DNA of 64,000 nucleotides from Tubulanus polymorphus (GCF_964204645.1 NC_134034.1:10800962-10864961); one strand, 5' to 3'. Shown: positions 12,186-33,656, numbered from the stretch's first letter. The notes: generated by a model not told the origin, from the sequence alone. A program made the numbers and translations.

Positions 12186-12695
12186 GGTCATTACAGTGAT
12201 TACTGATCGAGATATGAGGTCATTACAGTGATAACTCATTGAGATGTGAGGTCATTACAGTGATAACTCATTGAGATGTGAGGTCATTACAGTGATAATT
12301 CATTGAGATGTGAGGTCATTACAGTGATATCTCATTGAGATGTGAGGTCATTACAGTGATAACTCATTGAGATGTGAGGTCATTACAGTGATTACTCATT
12401 GAGATGTAAGGTCATTACAGAGGCTATTCATTGCGATGTGAGGTCATTACAGTGATTACTCATCGAGATGTGAGGTCATTAGAAGGGGTACGCATTGAGA
12501 TGTGAGGTCATGAGAATGAGGGGTACGCATTGAGATGTGAGGTCATTGAAATGATTACTCATTGAAATGTGAGGTCATTAATGGCTATTCATTGAGATGT
12601 GAGATCATTGGTGTTTATTACTCATTCAGATGTGAGGTCATTACAAGGATTATTTATTGAAATGAGAGGTTATTGCAAGGATTACTGATTGAGGT
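12180..12695 (+). repeat. 32-bp tandem repeat starting at the ferroportin stop codon (~16 units, degenerating 3')
   Basis: gagatgtgaggtcattacagtgataactcatt repeated; the first unit supplies the TGA stop. Confidence 0.95.
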
Positions 12696-13052
12696 GGTGC
12701 TGGAACAATTGTCCTCTAACCTTAAACTGTGTTAGTTACATCAATAACCTAATCTTTCTAATCAGTGCTAATGAATCAGTCATTCAGTTATTGTCGAGGG
12801 CGGATCAGGAAATTTTGAAATTTCTATGAGGGATAATCAGGGAATTCCGGGTCTGTACGAACCCTGAACAAAGATTACCGAACAAGGTGCTCAACTATGT
12901 ATCTCAAATAGATGTACGGTCACTAGAACAAGGATATTACAAGATAGACTACGATTGCCTCGCTAGAAATGACTTGAATTGTACAGTATTATTTTGTATA
13001 AGGCTTGGAACTGGTTTTGAAATACGGTCAAACCGGCTTTATTCTGATCGGC

Positions 13053-13296
13053 TTAACCCTTTCAGTGCGTCTACACCGGTATTGATGTAATTAGTAATTT
13101 GTAATTATCTCTATTGAAAAATGGCAGCAAGTGTCAAGCATAGTGAAATGCTAGTAACTAACGATATACCGCACTGCGGTGTAGACACACTATAGTGGTA
13201 TTCCCATTGTTCAACACACTAGGGTGGAATTTTTTAGAATTTTCAAATTTTCTCTAGCACTATAGGGTATTAATTAGTCAGCACTGAAAGGGTTGA
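13053..13296. mobile_element. piggyBac-type MITE copy
   Basis: ttaa-ccctttcagtgc ... gcactgaaaggg-ttga; internal sequence shared with the other copies. Confidence 0.85.
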
Positions 13297-15963
13297 GGCT
13301 AAAAAAATGAATCAGCTGGGTCACTTCAGTAAACTGCCATAAAACTTGTAATCAGTACGTTTCCAAATGTGATCATGATTTGAAAAATAGTGAAGTACAG
13401 GGTATAGATCTATACCTGTGAACGTTTTAAGTTGAGTAGACTGAGAGACGAGGTATGAATTTTTTGAAGCCTAATCTGGTTATTATTTTCAGTCGAATTA
13501 TACATAAATATATATGTAAAATATGATGTAAAATCAGAATTTCCCGTGAACCATTGAATTTCGTTCAAGTCCTAACTGATCCGAATTCAGTGGGTTTCAC
13601 TGTGATCAATTTATTCCAGTCAGTTAAGTATGATTTTATGTGGGAAAGGTAAAATAGAGCAAGGGTTTACGGGAAGGTGTCGGTTATTTCACAGGGTTCC
13701 TACGAGTCCTTAAATATCTTTCAATTCTGGAAATCCAAATTTGAGGGGTTGAATAGTCCTAGAATTCTGAGCTTTCCCCTCAAATTCCGAAAATTCTTGA
13801 TTTTGAAATTTAAAATCAAGCCCACACTCGCGATCGTGTCTATTTTGAAAATTTTTTCGAATTTAAGTGCCAAGACCTCGAAAGGTCGAAGTCCAGACCT
13901 CAAAGGTCTATTCAAAGATTTGTCTCGCCGAATAATACATTCGAAATAATCTAAAGTCTAACCCCGAAAAATTATGTGCCAAAATAAATACTTGAAACTG
14001 GATCGAACCAGAAATCGTCGGTTTTTTAATTCACTGCTGATGCCCTCGAAATCTATCTATGTATATTAAATCGGTATTTTTACACGAAAGTTGATATATT
14101 TCCGCGCGATTATGAAATAATAAATGAAAAATTATTGAAAAAATTTTTTGAAAAAAATTATGCGTTTAAAAATTGTATTCGAATTCATTATAAGGTATTC
14201 ACCAAGTAGTCATTATAAAACATCTTGTCCACAGTTGTCAGTTCAAATTTGACTCGGAGTTAGCTCATCGAAAATGAGCGCTCTAACTCAAGTGTGGAAC
14301 TGAATCCTGTTCCACAGTTGTGAGTTCAAATTTGACTCTCAGAGCTCATTGAAAATGAACACTAACTCACAACTGTGGAACTGGATCCCGGGGCCAGTTG
14401 CTCAAACCGGCAATAAAAAGTACCACAGTAAACGATGAACTTTTAATTTTCACATGGTCAACTTAACTTTTGACCAACTGGCCCTATGACTTAGCATAAA
14501 TGTTTGTTAAATTGGTAACTGCCCTATGCATTTTCAAAGCAATGATGGACATTTTACTGCGTTCCTTGTAGTTCCAACGGAACCCGTATTGTATGTAGAA
14601 CATGAATGTTATATTTTATGAGAAAATTGCTGACGTTTACCTCGCTTTTAGTCTGAATTGAATGTATTTTGTAATAAGAGAAAAACCTCTGTGTTATTTG
14701 ATATTTTTGTAGCATAAAGAATGCCTAGTTCCACATATTTGGCTAGATCTTTAATGAGATAATTTCGAGACGTCAACAAATGAAATGGTTTCAGCCTGTC
14801 TGTGATTTTAAGCTATTATAATAATATATACCTTTTTAATTGATGAAAGATATTCTAATGTTGTTCTATTGCGTTTTAAGGCGTAGCTTCAGCCTTCAGT
14901 TCAGCGCAAGGGGTTCTATTTATTACTTACCGGTAATGATTTCTGCTCCGTGATTTAGAGACCCATAAGGACAGCTTGCAAGTCCACTTAGTCCTACTTT
15001 ATCACATACAAGCCATCTGAAAAATATTTGTCACAGCACTTGGCCAAGTGACATCTGTAGCTACAGTGTGTGGGCAACACTTCAAAGGCCGTGGTTCCGT
15101 TGTGAGGTTAAGCGAATAATCCATTAGGGTTCAGTCTTGGGAAACCAAGATCTGAACGACATAAAGCATGACAAGCATTCGCTCGATTGAAAGCCCATCC
15201 TCGCTTGACAGGGTTTGATTGCTGGTCGCAGTTCATTTATTGATTCCGTGCAGCGACCACCGGTTTATGTCTTAAAACTAGTCCATGATTAAAAGTGCTC
15301 GATTGTGAATTCAATTCAGGTAATTTCACCATATTCATTTCCTTACCGTTACTTTTTCAGTCATAATTAAACCAATCGGACGCATCGTTTTTCACCGGCA
15401 GATTCGCTCTATCAGTACAACGCACCTTATTAACTAGAAATTGGCGACTCGAAAGAAAACCAACAGATTATACAACCTCGAACTCTTCACGGGTTGACAT
15501 CTATTTATTTATTTCAATCATTACATGTATAATAGCTACCAGATAGATAAAATACTAACAATAATATATTAGTCATCGACTGTGATATGTGTTGCACCCC
15601 TGCCAGCAGTGAATACAAGCAATTCATCGGTTCCCAGCACCAGCACCTCTCTTTAATACCTGATATGCGTAATAATTATAACACCTCCATCCGTTACCTT
15701 ACCTAACTCTTGTTTTACAAAATATATCCCTCATAAAATCAAAAGATAATTGAATTCTAGACCACTTCATCGAACCTCGCCGAATTTGGATGAAAATGAA
15801 ATCATTTTTCTGATTTCTGAATGTATTTCTCTATCCTTAACTTCAACTCTTTTCTTATTATTGCCGACAAATTTCGCCGTTCTGGGTTCGACTATGTTTT
15901 ACAGCGGTCCAAGTTCGACGAGGTTTACTGTAAAACACCATTTTGGACCCCCCCCCCATTTCT

Positions 15964-16252
15964 TTAACCCTTTCAGTGCGTCTACACCGCAGTGCGGTGT
16001 ATAAATCAGTGATGGATTTTGCTAGTACACCGCACTGCGGCGTATTGATGTAATTAGTAATTATCTCTCTTGAAAGATGGAAGCACCTGTCAAACATAGT
16101 GAAATATTAGTAACTAACGATACACCGTACCGCAGTGTAGAAACACTATAGTGGTATTCCCATTATTCAACACACTCGGGTGGAATTTCTCAAAATTTTC
16201 AATTTATCTCCAGCACTATAGGGTATTGATTAGTTAGCACTGAAAGGGTTAA
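15964..16252. mobile_element. piggyBac-type MITE, ~285 bp, TTAA TSD
   Basis: TTAA+CCCTTTCAGTGC terminal inverted repeat at both ends. Confidence 0.9.
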
Positions 16253-16767
16253 TTAGTTGAGCTTAAGGGCCGGCTATCCGTACAAATCGTACGCAAAATT
16301 CTGTAGATTTTCAAGCCCACGTCTGCTTCTCTCGGTCATGATATTAAGCAATACGTTGATAGGGAAAAGTGGCCAATTTTTAACCCCTTCATGCCTCGGC
16401 TGTTTACGTGCTTTATAAATAGCGTATCTACCAAAAACGTGTAGAGATTCTAGACCCTCTATGGATGCGCGGTACATAAGGGCTAACTAACCCTAGTAGA
16501 TACAAAATTCGACTTAAACCTAAAAACTAAATTCCATCAATTTCTATCTATTCTATATGTAAAATATCTGTGCTACACAAAAACCCTAAGTATAAAAATA
16601 ATCTTTACCCTACGTAAAATAAAGTTGGTGGGAATGCATTTAAAACACGTGGTGGAATAAACGACTAAAACATTCATAGACCCAGCTCTCTACTCGGTAT
16701 CGAGAATTTAAAATTTGAGTCTAATGTTTGTTTTTTTTTGCTACTCTTCACGATATGAGATTTTCAG

Positions 16768-26070
<9,303 letters not shown>

Positions 26071-26499
26071 TCAAAATGTTTTTCAAGCAAGAAGAGGTAT
26101 TGTTTAGAAAATAGTCAGAGTTGTTTGTTGTTGGGGTACAGTGACAGCGCGCGCCTCCCTCTCATCCTCTCTCTCTCTCTCTCTCAATTATGCTTCTTTC
26201 CGACTAACTCCCCTTCTTACTATAATCCCTCTCTCCATCTCCCCATCTACTAGTCTTACAACACCATTCTCTCCCCCCGGCCCCATCCCTCGGCCCACGG
26301 CACAGGCACAGTCCCAGCCAGTCACAACTTCAGTTACCCCAGCAGTATCCTACTCTCTTTAGACCGTTGGCCGGGGGAAATTGTATTTGTCCTTCTTTGA
26401 CTCGGTGTGAATTACGAATTCAAATTTTAAAATTTTCACGAACGGACCAAACAATGACAATGTTGGTGGTGGTTGATAATATAAATGGTGAGTGATTGT

Positions 26500-26895
26500 T
26501 GTTTAATGTCTATTTACCGGTTGTAAATCAATAACGTTTCGGTTTAGATTCACCACGGCTCAGCAGCAGAACGCGCAGAAATTTCAAAAAACAAGTTCAG
26601 ACGCGAACCTGGAAATTCGAACCCGGAAGTCAACAATAAATCATCCACCGTGTAAATATTATCGCGCGGCTAAGATATCAACTGGGTGATCTTCGTAACC
26701 GTAGATTAAACCGCCAATTACGGTAATTACTGCAAACAGTCCATATCCGAGTTTTACCAACGTTGCATTTTTTGTTGGATGACAGTTCTCAACAAACTTC
26801 TTAGATCGTTTTACATTCTGACATAAAATCCTTGAAAAAATGAGACAGTGATTAACATTGATTAATTGATTGATAGGTAGGAGAAGGAGGTAAGT
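26500..26895. promoter_or_regulatory. Probable bidirectional promoter and non-coding first exons between the CCDC177-like gene and LRRC61
   Basis: Head-to-head genes; ETS-type ccggaagt at ~26623; plus-strand donor GAG|GTAAGT at 26890; acceptors just upstream of both ATGs. Confidence 0.55.
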
Positions 26896-27319
26896 TTCAT
26901 CATCATTTCGGTGCCATCATTTCTAATTAAGTAATTAGTTAATTACTGTCGTGAAAAATTCTACAAACTGTAGTGTAATGAAGCAGCATGTCAAAAAAGA
27001 AGCGTGTCAAGTCAAGAATCTCGAAAGTAGATTCCCGAGACTGGCACTGTGGCAAGACAACCAACGTCGGGATTGCCACGTCGGGACTGCCACGTCGGGA
27101 TTGGCAGATGACCAATAGATTTCATTTATTATTGTTTATCGTCGTTTTAAATGTTTTTAACAAACAGGGCGAAATGGATAAATAAATATCTGATATTTTA
27201 TTTTTATTCGAATGACTTCTAATTCATTTATAAAGCGATGATGTTTATTTATTTATTTCGTTCCAGTAGCGAGCAACGACGCCGTCGCGATTTCGAAAAT
27301 TCGGTGAATCGACGGAGAA

Positions 27320-28081
27320 ATGGACGCCGTCGGCGCGGTAACGAGTCAATTATTGAAACAGCGCAGCGGAGAATTCGATCTGGAGAGTATCCACACGTTG
27401 AAACTATCGGGTCTGGATATCGCGGATCTCGGTTGCGTCGGAGAATGCGCGCAATTAGAACGCCTCGATTTATCTCGTAATTCGGTCAGTCGTTTGTACG
27501 CTCTCGCCAGTTTAACGAATCTCCAATATTTGAATCTGTCGGCGAATCGAATCGCGAGCCTCGAAGGTCTGCAAACGCTCGATAATTTGATCGGTTTGAA
27601 TTTATCGGGTAATTTGATCTGCAGCGTCGATAGTCTGCAGACGCTCGCCGGTTTGGAGAAACTCGAACAGCTCCGCCTACAGGAGAAACTGGAAAACGGT
27701 CTGACGAATCCGGTTTGTTCGAACGTGAATTACGCCGCGGAAGTCCGCGCGATTTTACCGAAATTGAAAATGTTGGACGGCGAAAAACTTTCGGGTCGCG
27801 GTCGCGATTTCTACGAGCTCTGCGCGGAAATCGATCGCGATCTACGCGACGGAATCTGTCGCGACGGTCCTGTACGCGAGAAAACGATGCCGACGCCGTG
27901 GTTACCGTCGAGTTATTGGGCGGTCGCCGGCGCGTGCGAGGCGGACGATCAGATCGCGTCGCAAGCCGAGGAACAGGTCGACGAGTTTTTGACCGATTGT
28001 CGTCGACTCGGCGAGCTGTCGACTGCCGTGCTCGACGATATCGAGCGTAAAATCGGACGGACTGAAACCGAAACGGAATAA
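27320..28081 (+). CDS. LRRC61: Leucine-rich repeat-containing protein 61 (single coding exon, 253 aa)
   Basis: QLLKQRSGEFDLESIHTLKLSGLDIADLGCVGEC...LERLDLSRN and LTNPVC LRR cap match LRRC61; acceptor ttccag at 27266. Confidence 0.9.
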   Translation: MDAVGAVTSQLLKQRSGEFDLESIHTLKLSGLDIADLGCVGECAQLERLDLSRNSVSRLYALASLTNLQYLNLSANRIASLEGLQTLDNLIGLNLSGNLICSVDSLQTLAGLEKLEQLRLQEKLENGLTNPVCSNVNYAAEVRAILPKLKMLDGEKLSGRGRDFYELCAEIDRDLRDGICRDGPVREKTMPTPWLPSSYWAVAGACEADDQIASQAEEQVDEFLTDCRRLGELSTAVLDDIERKIGRTETETE

Positions 28082-28709
28082 TAAGAATGATGAAAAAACT
28101 GTTTACGATCGAGAAAAAAGATGAATTTCAATTTTCATTTAAAGAAAAAACAGTCAAACTTGATTGAGTTTTGACCCCCCCCTACCTTTTCACCTAGTGC
28201 CCTTTCATCTCATCTGTGCTGATCTCGATCTAATATAAGATTGAATGAAAATATACGAAGATATTCAAAATCATCTGGGGGAGGACCCCCTCTAAGGGCT
28301 TTGCGCCTCCGGAACAGCCCCCCCTTTCCTATCTAGGGATCCACCCCGGTATACATCAGATTTAGTCTTCACACTACTTTGAAGTCGTCACTATTTTCGA
28401 GTCGTGATTCTTATTTCTAATTCAATTTCGCGAGTTCAAGTCGTCATTTTTGCCTTAGTCATCAACATAATGATAATGATTGTCATAGCTATTTTACAAC
28501 TGATACGAGTTTGACTGTATCTCTGTTAGTAATCTCCGTCCAGTGATGTTATATATTGTAGATTGTTTATTTATTGAATTATTTCAGAAAGTTTGGAATA
28601 AATTTTGATGAATTATGTTTTAAGTAGTTTGTGATCTTCTATCTCTTCTTCACGGGCAAGTGTTCAAAAAAGAAAGTTTTGAATTGATGACCTTCATTTT
28701 ATTTCAAGG

Positions 28710-31700
28710 ATGTCTTTCACGTCGTCTTGGTTATTGGTGGCTGGTATGGTTGTCTCGTTCGTGCACCAGGGGGCAGCATCGTATGGAGATCGTTCTTGGA
28801 TATTTCGGAGGTGTTATACGCACTGCGTGAACTCTGTGCGAAAATGTCCAAAAACCGATAACAGGGTGAGTTGAAACCGAGAGGGTCAGTCAGTTATGAT
28901 TTTTCGAAAACCGGTTTTGAGGGTCAGACCCTGTGTAAGTCATCAACTACAGCAAAACTTGCTGCAAGTCATCATATTTGTGATGATAATTTTGTGACTT
29001 ATCCTAATGATGACTCAAACTTAGTAAATTGAATTGCAGATATAAATTGGGACTGAATGATAGAAACAACTTCAGTTATGTGACAATCTCTCCGAATCTG
29101 GGGCTTTCAGAGTTGAACTTCGAAGTTGAGTCTGTTTTCTATTTGTTAAGGTATTGAATCAGGCTGTGTACATGCGCGTGTTAGGCTGGACGTGTACTGA
29201 CGAATGTACGTACGATTGTATGTGGGAAACCGTCGAAGCTTTTCAGAAAGATTCCAGTCCTATCCCTCAATTTTACGGCAAGGTAAGATCAGAACAAGAC
29301 CGCCAACTAAATCCTCCCTAAGAGTTAGTCAAATGACTGAACTCCTCCAATCCATTCCTATTCAAGTCGTTTTAAAAGTCCACCCAACTCCTAGATCCGC
29401 TGAATGATTTTGTCATTAAGATTAATGAAGATCTGTCTGTTGTTTATTAATATTCTAGTGGCCATTCATCCGTCTGCTTGGAATGCAGGAACCGTTATCT
29501 GTTCTGGCGTCGATACTTAACGGTGCCGGTGTATTCTATATGTTACTCAAGTTTAGACGCCTCGTCCCTCCATCTGCTCCTATGTATTACGTCTGGCAGT
29601 TTTACTGCATTGTAAGTATTTTCATCCATTCCTCCACTAGAGGGCGGGTTCTTGTCTCCCTCAGTTTGCTCCTATGTATTACGTCTGGCAGTTTTACTGC
29701 ATTGTAAGTATATTCATCCATTCCTCCACTAGAGGGCGGGTTCTAGTCTCCCTCAGTCTCCTCCTATGTATTATGTCTGGCAGTTTTACTGCGTTGTAAG
29801 TATAGTTGTTCATCCCGCCACTAGGGGACAGTATTCTTGTCCCTCCGTCTCCTCCTATGTATTACATCTTGCAGTATTACTGTGTTGTAAGTATAGTTGC
29901 TCATTCCGCCACTAGAGGGCGGGACTCTTGTCCCTTCGTCTGCTCCCATGTATTATGTCTGGCAGTTACATTGCATTGTAAGTATAGTTGTCTATTCCTC
30001 CACTAGAGGGCGGGTTCTTGTCCCTGTGTAATCGTAATCGTAATCGTAATCGTCTGCAATGTTTTATGTCTGGCTGTGAGTATACTGTAGTTCTCCATCC
30101 TTTCGCTACTGGGTTTTAGTTCCCCATCCTTCCACTAGGTGTTTCATTTCTTATTCCTCGGTTAAAGCATAACCCGGTAATCAAAATGTAGTACAGCATA
30201 TTTCTTGCGTCCAATTTCAGATAGTTATGAATGCCTGGTTCTGGTCGGCCATATTTCATTCTAGGGACACATCATTCACTGAAAAAATGGATTATTTTTG
30301 TGCCCTGTCCCTCGTACTAGCTTCACTATATACCTGCATATTGAGGTCAGTATAGCAAGTGTTCAGAACATTTCATCACAGGAGAACATTTAAGGATATA
30401 TGAAAAGAATGATGCTCTAAATTGAACTTAATCATTTTCAGGTTAATCGGAACACATTGTAGGAGAAAGGTCGCTATAGCTACTATCGTAATATCAGCGT
30501 TCTACGCGCAACATGTTTACTATATGGGATTTGTACACTTCGATTACGGTTATAACATGACAGTTAACGTAGCAGTCGGTAAGTAGACTTCAAATTAGTA
30601 GTTACCTAATCGTCGGGGGTAAGCTTTCATAATCGGATGGGCTTATAACAACTTATGATGTGGCTTGTGAAAGTATCCGATGAGTGAAACTAAACCACAG
30701 ACAGGTGACTGACTAACTTCAAATTAGAGAGGACCAACTGAGCACGGTAGGATGATATGATTATGTAGTTCTTTCTCAGTCATTGTGTAGCCCTGGTTCG
30801 AATATCTTATCATCAACCAAGGCCGTACCTAGCATTTGAATTTTGGGGGCAGTGAAACCCGATAAAGGGCAGTTCTGATAGAATAATGATATTTGCGGAA
30901 AGGACACTTTTCCCAAATTTTTGTCCCCTGCTAGATAGGGCCCTGTCAACTATTCAATTAATGAAATTTAGAAGAATTTTACTGTTGTTTATTTTCAGGA
31001 GTAGTGAATGCTACCGCGTGGATTACATGGTGTTTGCCGAGGCGCAAAACTAAACCCCACGTTCGGAAATGTATTGCGACTAATTTACTGATATCGGTGT
31101 TATTGTCGTTAGAATTAGGAGATTTCCCGCCAGTTTTATGGATAATGGACGCTCATTCTCTGTGGCATCTCGGCACTATTCCAGTACCGTTCATATGGTT
31201 GAGGTATGTATGCAACTGAGTCCAGGATCCAGTTCAACAGTTCCCAGCTAATGCAGGGTTTAGGTACTAGTCCAGGGCCCGGTTTTATAGGCTGGTATTA
31301 CCTTTAGCCCGGCGGTTAACTTAATTGAAAATGTTAGCCCCTAGGTTAAAGGTAATACCGGTCCATAAAACCTGGCCCTAATGATCCTGCAAAAGTTATG
31401 GAAATAAGTAATTACCTTTGTTTTCATAAACGTAATTCAGCCTTAATACCTAATATCCAGAAGCTATGAAAATTTGTAGGCCCTATATCTGCCCCTAGAA
31501 AATGGAAAAGGAAAAATCAAAGATCGCAAAGCACGAACCCTGTAAGCAGATTTTGGAATGAACCAATTTTAACTCTTAATTCTAACCATGTACTCTGTGT
31601 TTTAGAAGAGTCCATGGCCAAACTTAGCCCAGAACTACAAAACTCGAACAAACCGGCAGTTTGACCCTAGAGTTTGCCGCCCCAGTTTCTTTAAATTCGA

Positions 31701-31866
31701 TCCACTATATTGATTTTTCAGTTTTGCAATCGATGATTGTTTAGATATGAACAACAGTTTGAAGCAGACGCAGAAAGTGTTACCAACATCAGTGAGCGTC
31801 GTTGACACCCCCGTTTGTGTGGACACTCCGACAGATCCAAGAGGTGCGATGAAGAAGGTGGATTAG
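28710..31866 (+). CDS. PGAP3: Post-GPI attachment to proteins factor 3 (Per1-like); exons ~28710-28865, 29151-29282, 29459-29611, 30221-30344, 30442-30578, 30999-31203, 31722-31866
   Basis: Signal peptide + SYGDRS; [70 protein letters not shown]; C-terminal KKVD ER-retrieval motif. Confidence 0.95.
29560..30030 (+). repeat. ~92-bp tandem duplication of the PGAP3 exon-3 end plus 5' splice site (5 units)
   Basis: Donor-like GTAAGT at 29612, 29704, 29796, 29887, 29978, each followed by ccactag(a/g)ggg. Confidence 0.95.
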
Positions 31867-32248
31867 GATCAATATGTTGTTTTCCTTTTTTTTAAGCTTG
31901 AGCTTTAAGTGAACTTGAAACTCTTTGATAATGATAACAAATTTGATTTGTCTCTATTTGTAATAATCTATTTTCTAAATATTTATGTTATTTTGTATAA
32001 TGTTATGTGCGTTTGTGGATGATCTATAAGGATCGAAATGGAATAAAACCAGTAAAACAATTAATGTTTTCTTCAAGTTTTTGCTGTCCAAGATACTGGA
32101 ACTGGATAAAAGGATGTTAGTGACTTTCACTAGAAATTGGAGGTTTCCAGAATCTAAACTTAATTTTTTGAATTAATTCCCCGACATAATTCGGTAAAGA
32201 ACTACTTGAAAATGTTTCCGGCGATACACAGCACGACCGAATTCCAAA

Positions 32249-33478
32249 ATGGCGGCCTCCATGGGAGCCTTGGGCTTGCGCGTCGGCTTCAAAAACCTGT
32301 TAAAAACGAGTCATTTACCTCATCTAGCAGCATTTAATGGCTCGACCAGGAGTTTGAATTTTTCTTCACGGAATCCTACTGACTTTCTGAGGTTAAAAAC
32401 CGCGATTGGATCGACCAGCGTGCGGTTTTATTCCTCCAACGACGCGACCGGTAGTAAAAATACCGCCGCGCCCCCTACCGGCAGTATTACCGAACAATTC
32501 ATGCAGAGCAAAATAGCGGCGCAAGAATCAAACAGCGGCGAGAAGGAGGGGAGTAAGGACGAAACGAAAGAGAAGGAGAAACCGTCGTCGAAATGGACGG
32601 GAAAGAACGCGTGGAAACTGGGGTTGGTGTTTATGGGCGGAGGCGCCGTGGTCGTCGGAGGTATGATCCTCTACGAGTGGGGATCGCCGCGCGTCGATAA
32701 AGACGGCAACGTCGTCGTCGACGAGTTCACCGAGCTGCCGCAGTGGCAACAGATCCCGAAACGGGCGTGGCGCGAGTTCAACTTCTACAAACAGATGATA
32801 CGCGATCCGTCGAGCGAGAAACTTCTGCCGGACCCGCTACGCGAACCATACTATCAACCGCCGTATACGCTCGTACTCGAGATGACCGGCGTACTCGTGC
32901 ATCCCGACTGGACTTACGGCACCGGCTGGCGGTTTAAAAAACGTCCGGGAATCGATTATTTCCTGCAGCAGGTCGGGCCGCCGTTATTCGAAGTGGTGAT
33001 CTACACGCGCGAGCAAGGATTCACGGCGTCGCCGATCCTCGATAGTCTCGACCCGAACGGATACATCACGTACCGACTTTACAAAGACGCGACGCGTTAC
33101 ATGAACGGCGCGCACATCAAAGACTTATCGTGTTTGAATCGCGACGAATCGAAAGTGATCATGGTCGACTGCGACGCGTCGGCCGTGCAGATTCAACCGC
33201 GCAACGCGATCACGTTGAAACGATGGCGCGGCGCCGACGACGACCGCTCGCTCGTCGAACTGGCATCGTTGCTACGCGCGATCGCCGCGAGCAACGTCGA
33301 CGACGTGCGCACGGTGCTCGATTATTACAACGCGCACGACGACCCGCTCGACGTGTTCAGGGAGAATCAACGCAAGTGGCAGGAGGAGCAGGAACGAATC
33401 GACGCGGCCAAGCAGACGGAACAACAGAATCAACCGCTCGTTAAATCGTACGCGCCCGGATTCTTCCGACGCAGATAG
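32249..33478 (+). CDS. TIMM50: Mitochondrial import inner membrane translocase subunit TIM50 (intronless, 409 aa)
   Basis: Presequence-like N-terminus, one TM segment, LLPDPLREPYYQPPYTLVLEMTGVLVHPDWTYGTGWRFKKRPGID and KDLSCLNRDESKVI NIF/FCP1-like domain. Confidence 0.97.
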   Translation: MAASMGALGLRVGFKNLLKTSHLPHLAAFNGSTRSLNFSSRNPTDFLRLKTAIGSTSVRFYSSNDATGSKNTAAPPTGSITEQFMQSKIAAQESNSGEKEGSKDETKEKEKPSSKWTGKNAWKLGLVFMGGGAVVVGGMILYEWGSPRVDKDGNVVVDEFTELPQWQQIPKRAWREFNFYKQMIRDPSSEKLLPDPLREPYYQPPYTLVLEMTGVLVHPDWTYGTGWRFKKRPGIDYFLQQVGPPLFEVVIYTREQGFTASPILDSLDPNGYITYRLYKDATRYMNGAHIKDLSCLNRDESKVIMVDCDASAVQIQPRNAITLKRWRGADDDRSLVELASLLRAIAASNVDDVRTVLDYYNAHDDPLDVFRENQRKWQEEQERIDAAKQTEQQNQPLVKSYAPGFFRRR

Positions 33479-33656
33479 AAATAAAAAACCTGACGCATCG
33501 AATATAAAAATACGAAGACTATCAGTGAACTGGATGTTTGCCAAGTACTGGTTTGCTTTTTTGGTCGGGTTTCATGAAGATTTTAACCCTGTCGTTTTTT
33601 TTGGAATGACTACGGCCTATTTTAACCCTTTCAGTGCGGACTAATACCCAAAAGTG

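Noticed and set aside
10590-12695. Regular 47-bp and 32-bp repeats as CRISPR arrays
   Set aside because: No unique spacers, no cas genes, eukaryotic intron/UTR context; these are minisatellites
30650-30820. Intronic snoRNA or hammerhead in a PGAP3 intron (atgatg..ctga; ccgatgagtgaaac)
   Set aside because: Boxes are imperfect, with no terminal stem or recognisable guide and no ribozyme stems
32528-33544. Arg-rich alternative-frame and antisense ORFs over TIMM50, LRRC61 and TRRAP exons
   Set aside because: Shadow ORFs caused by CG-rich codon usage and scarce stop codons
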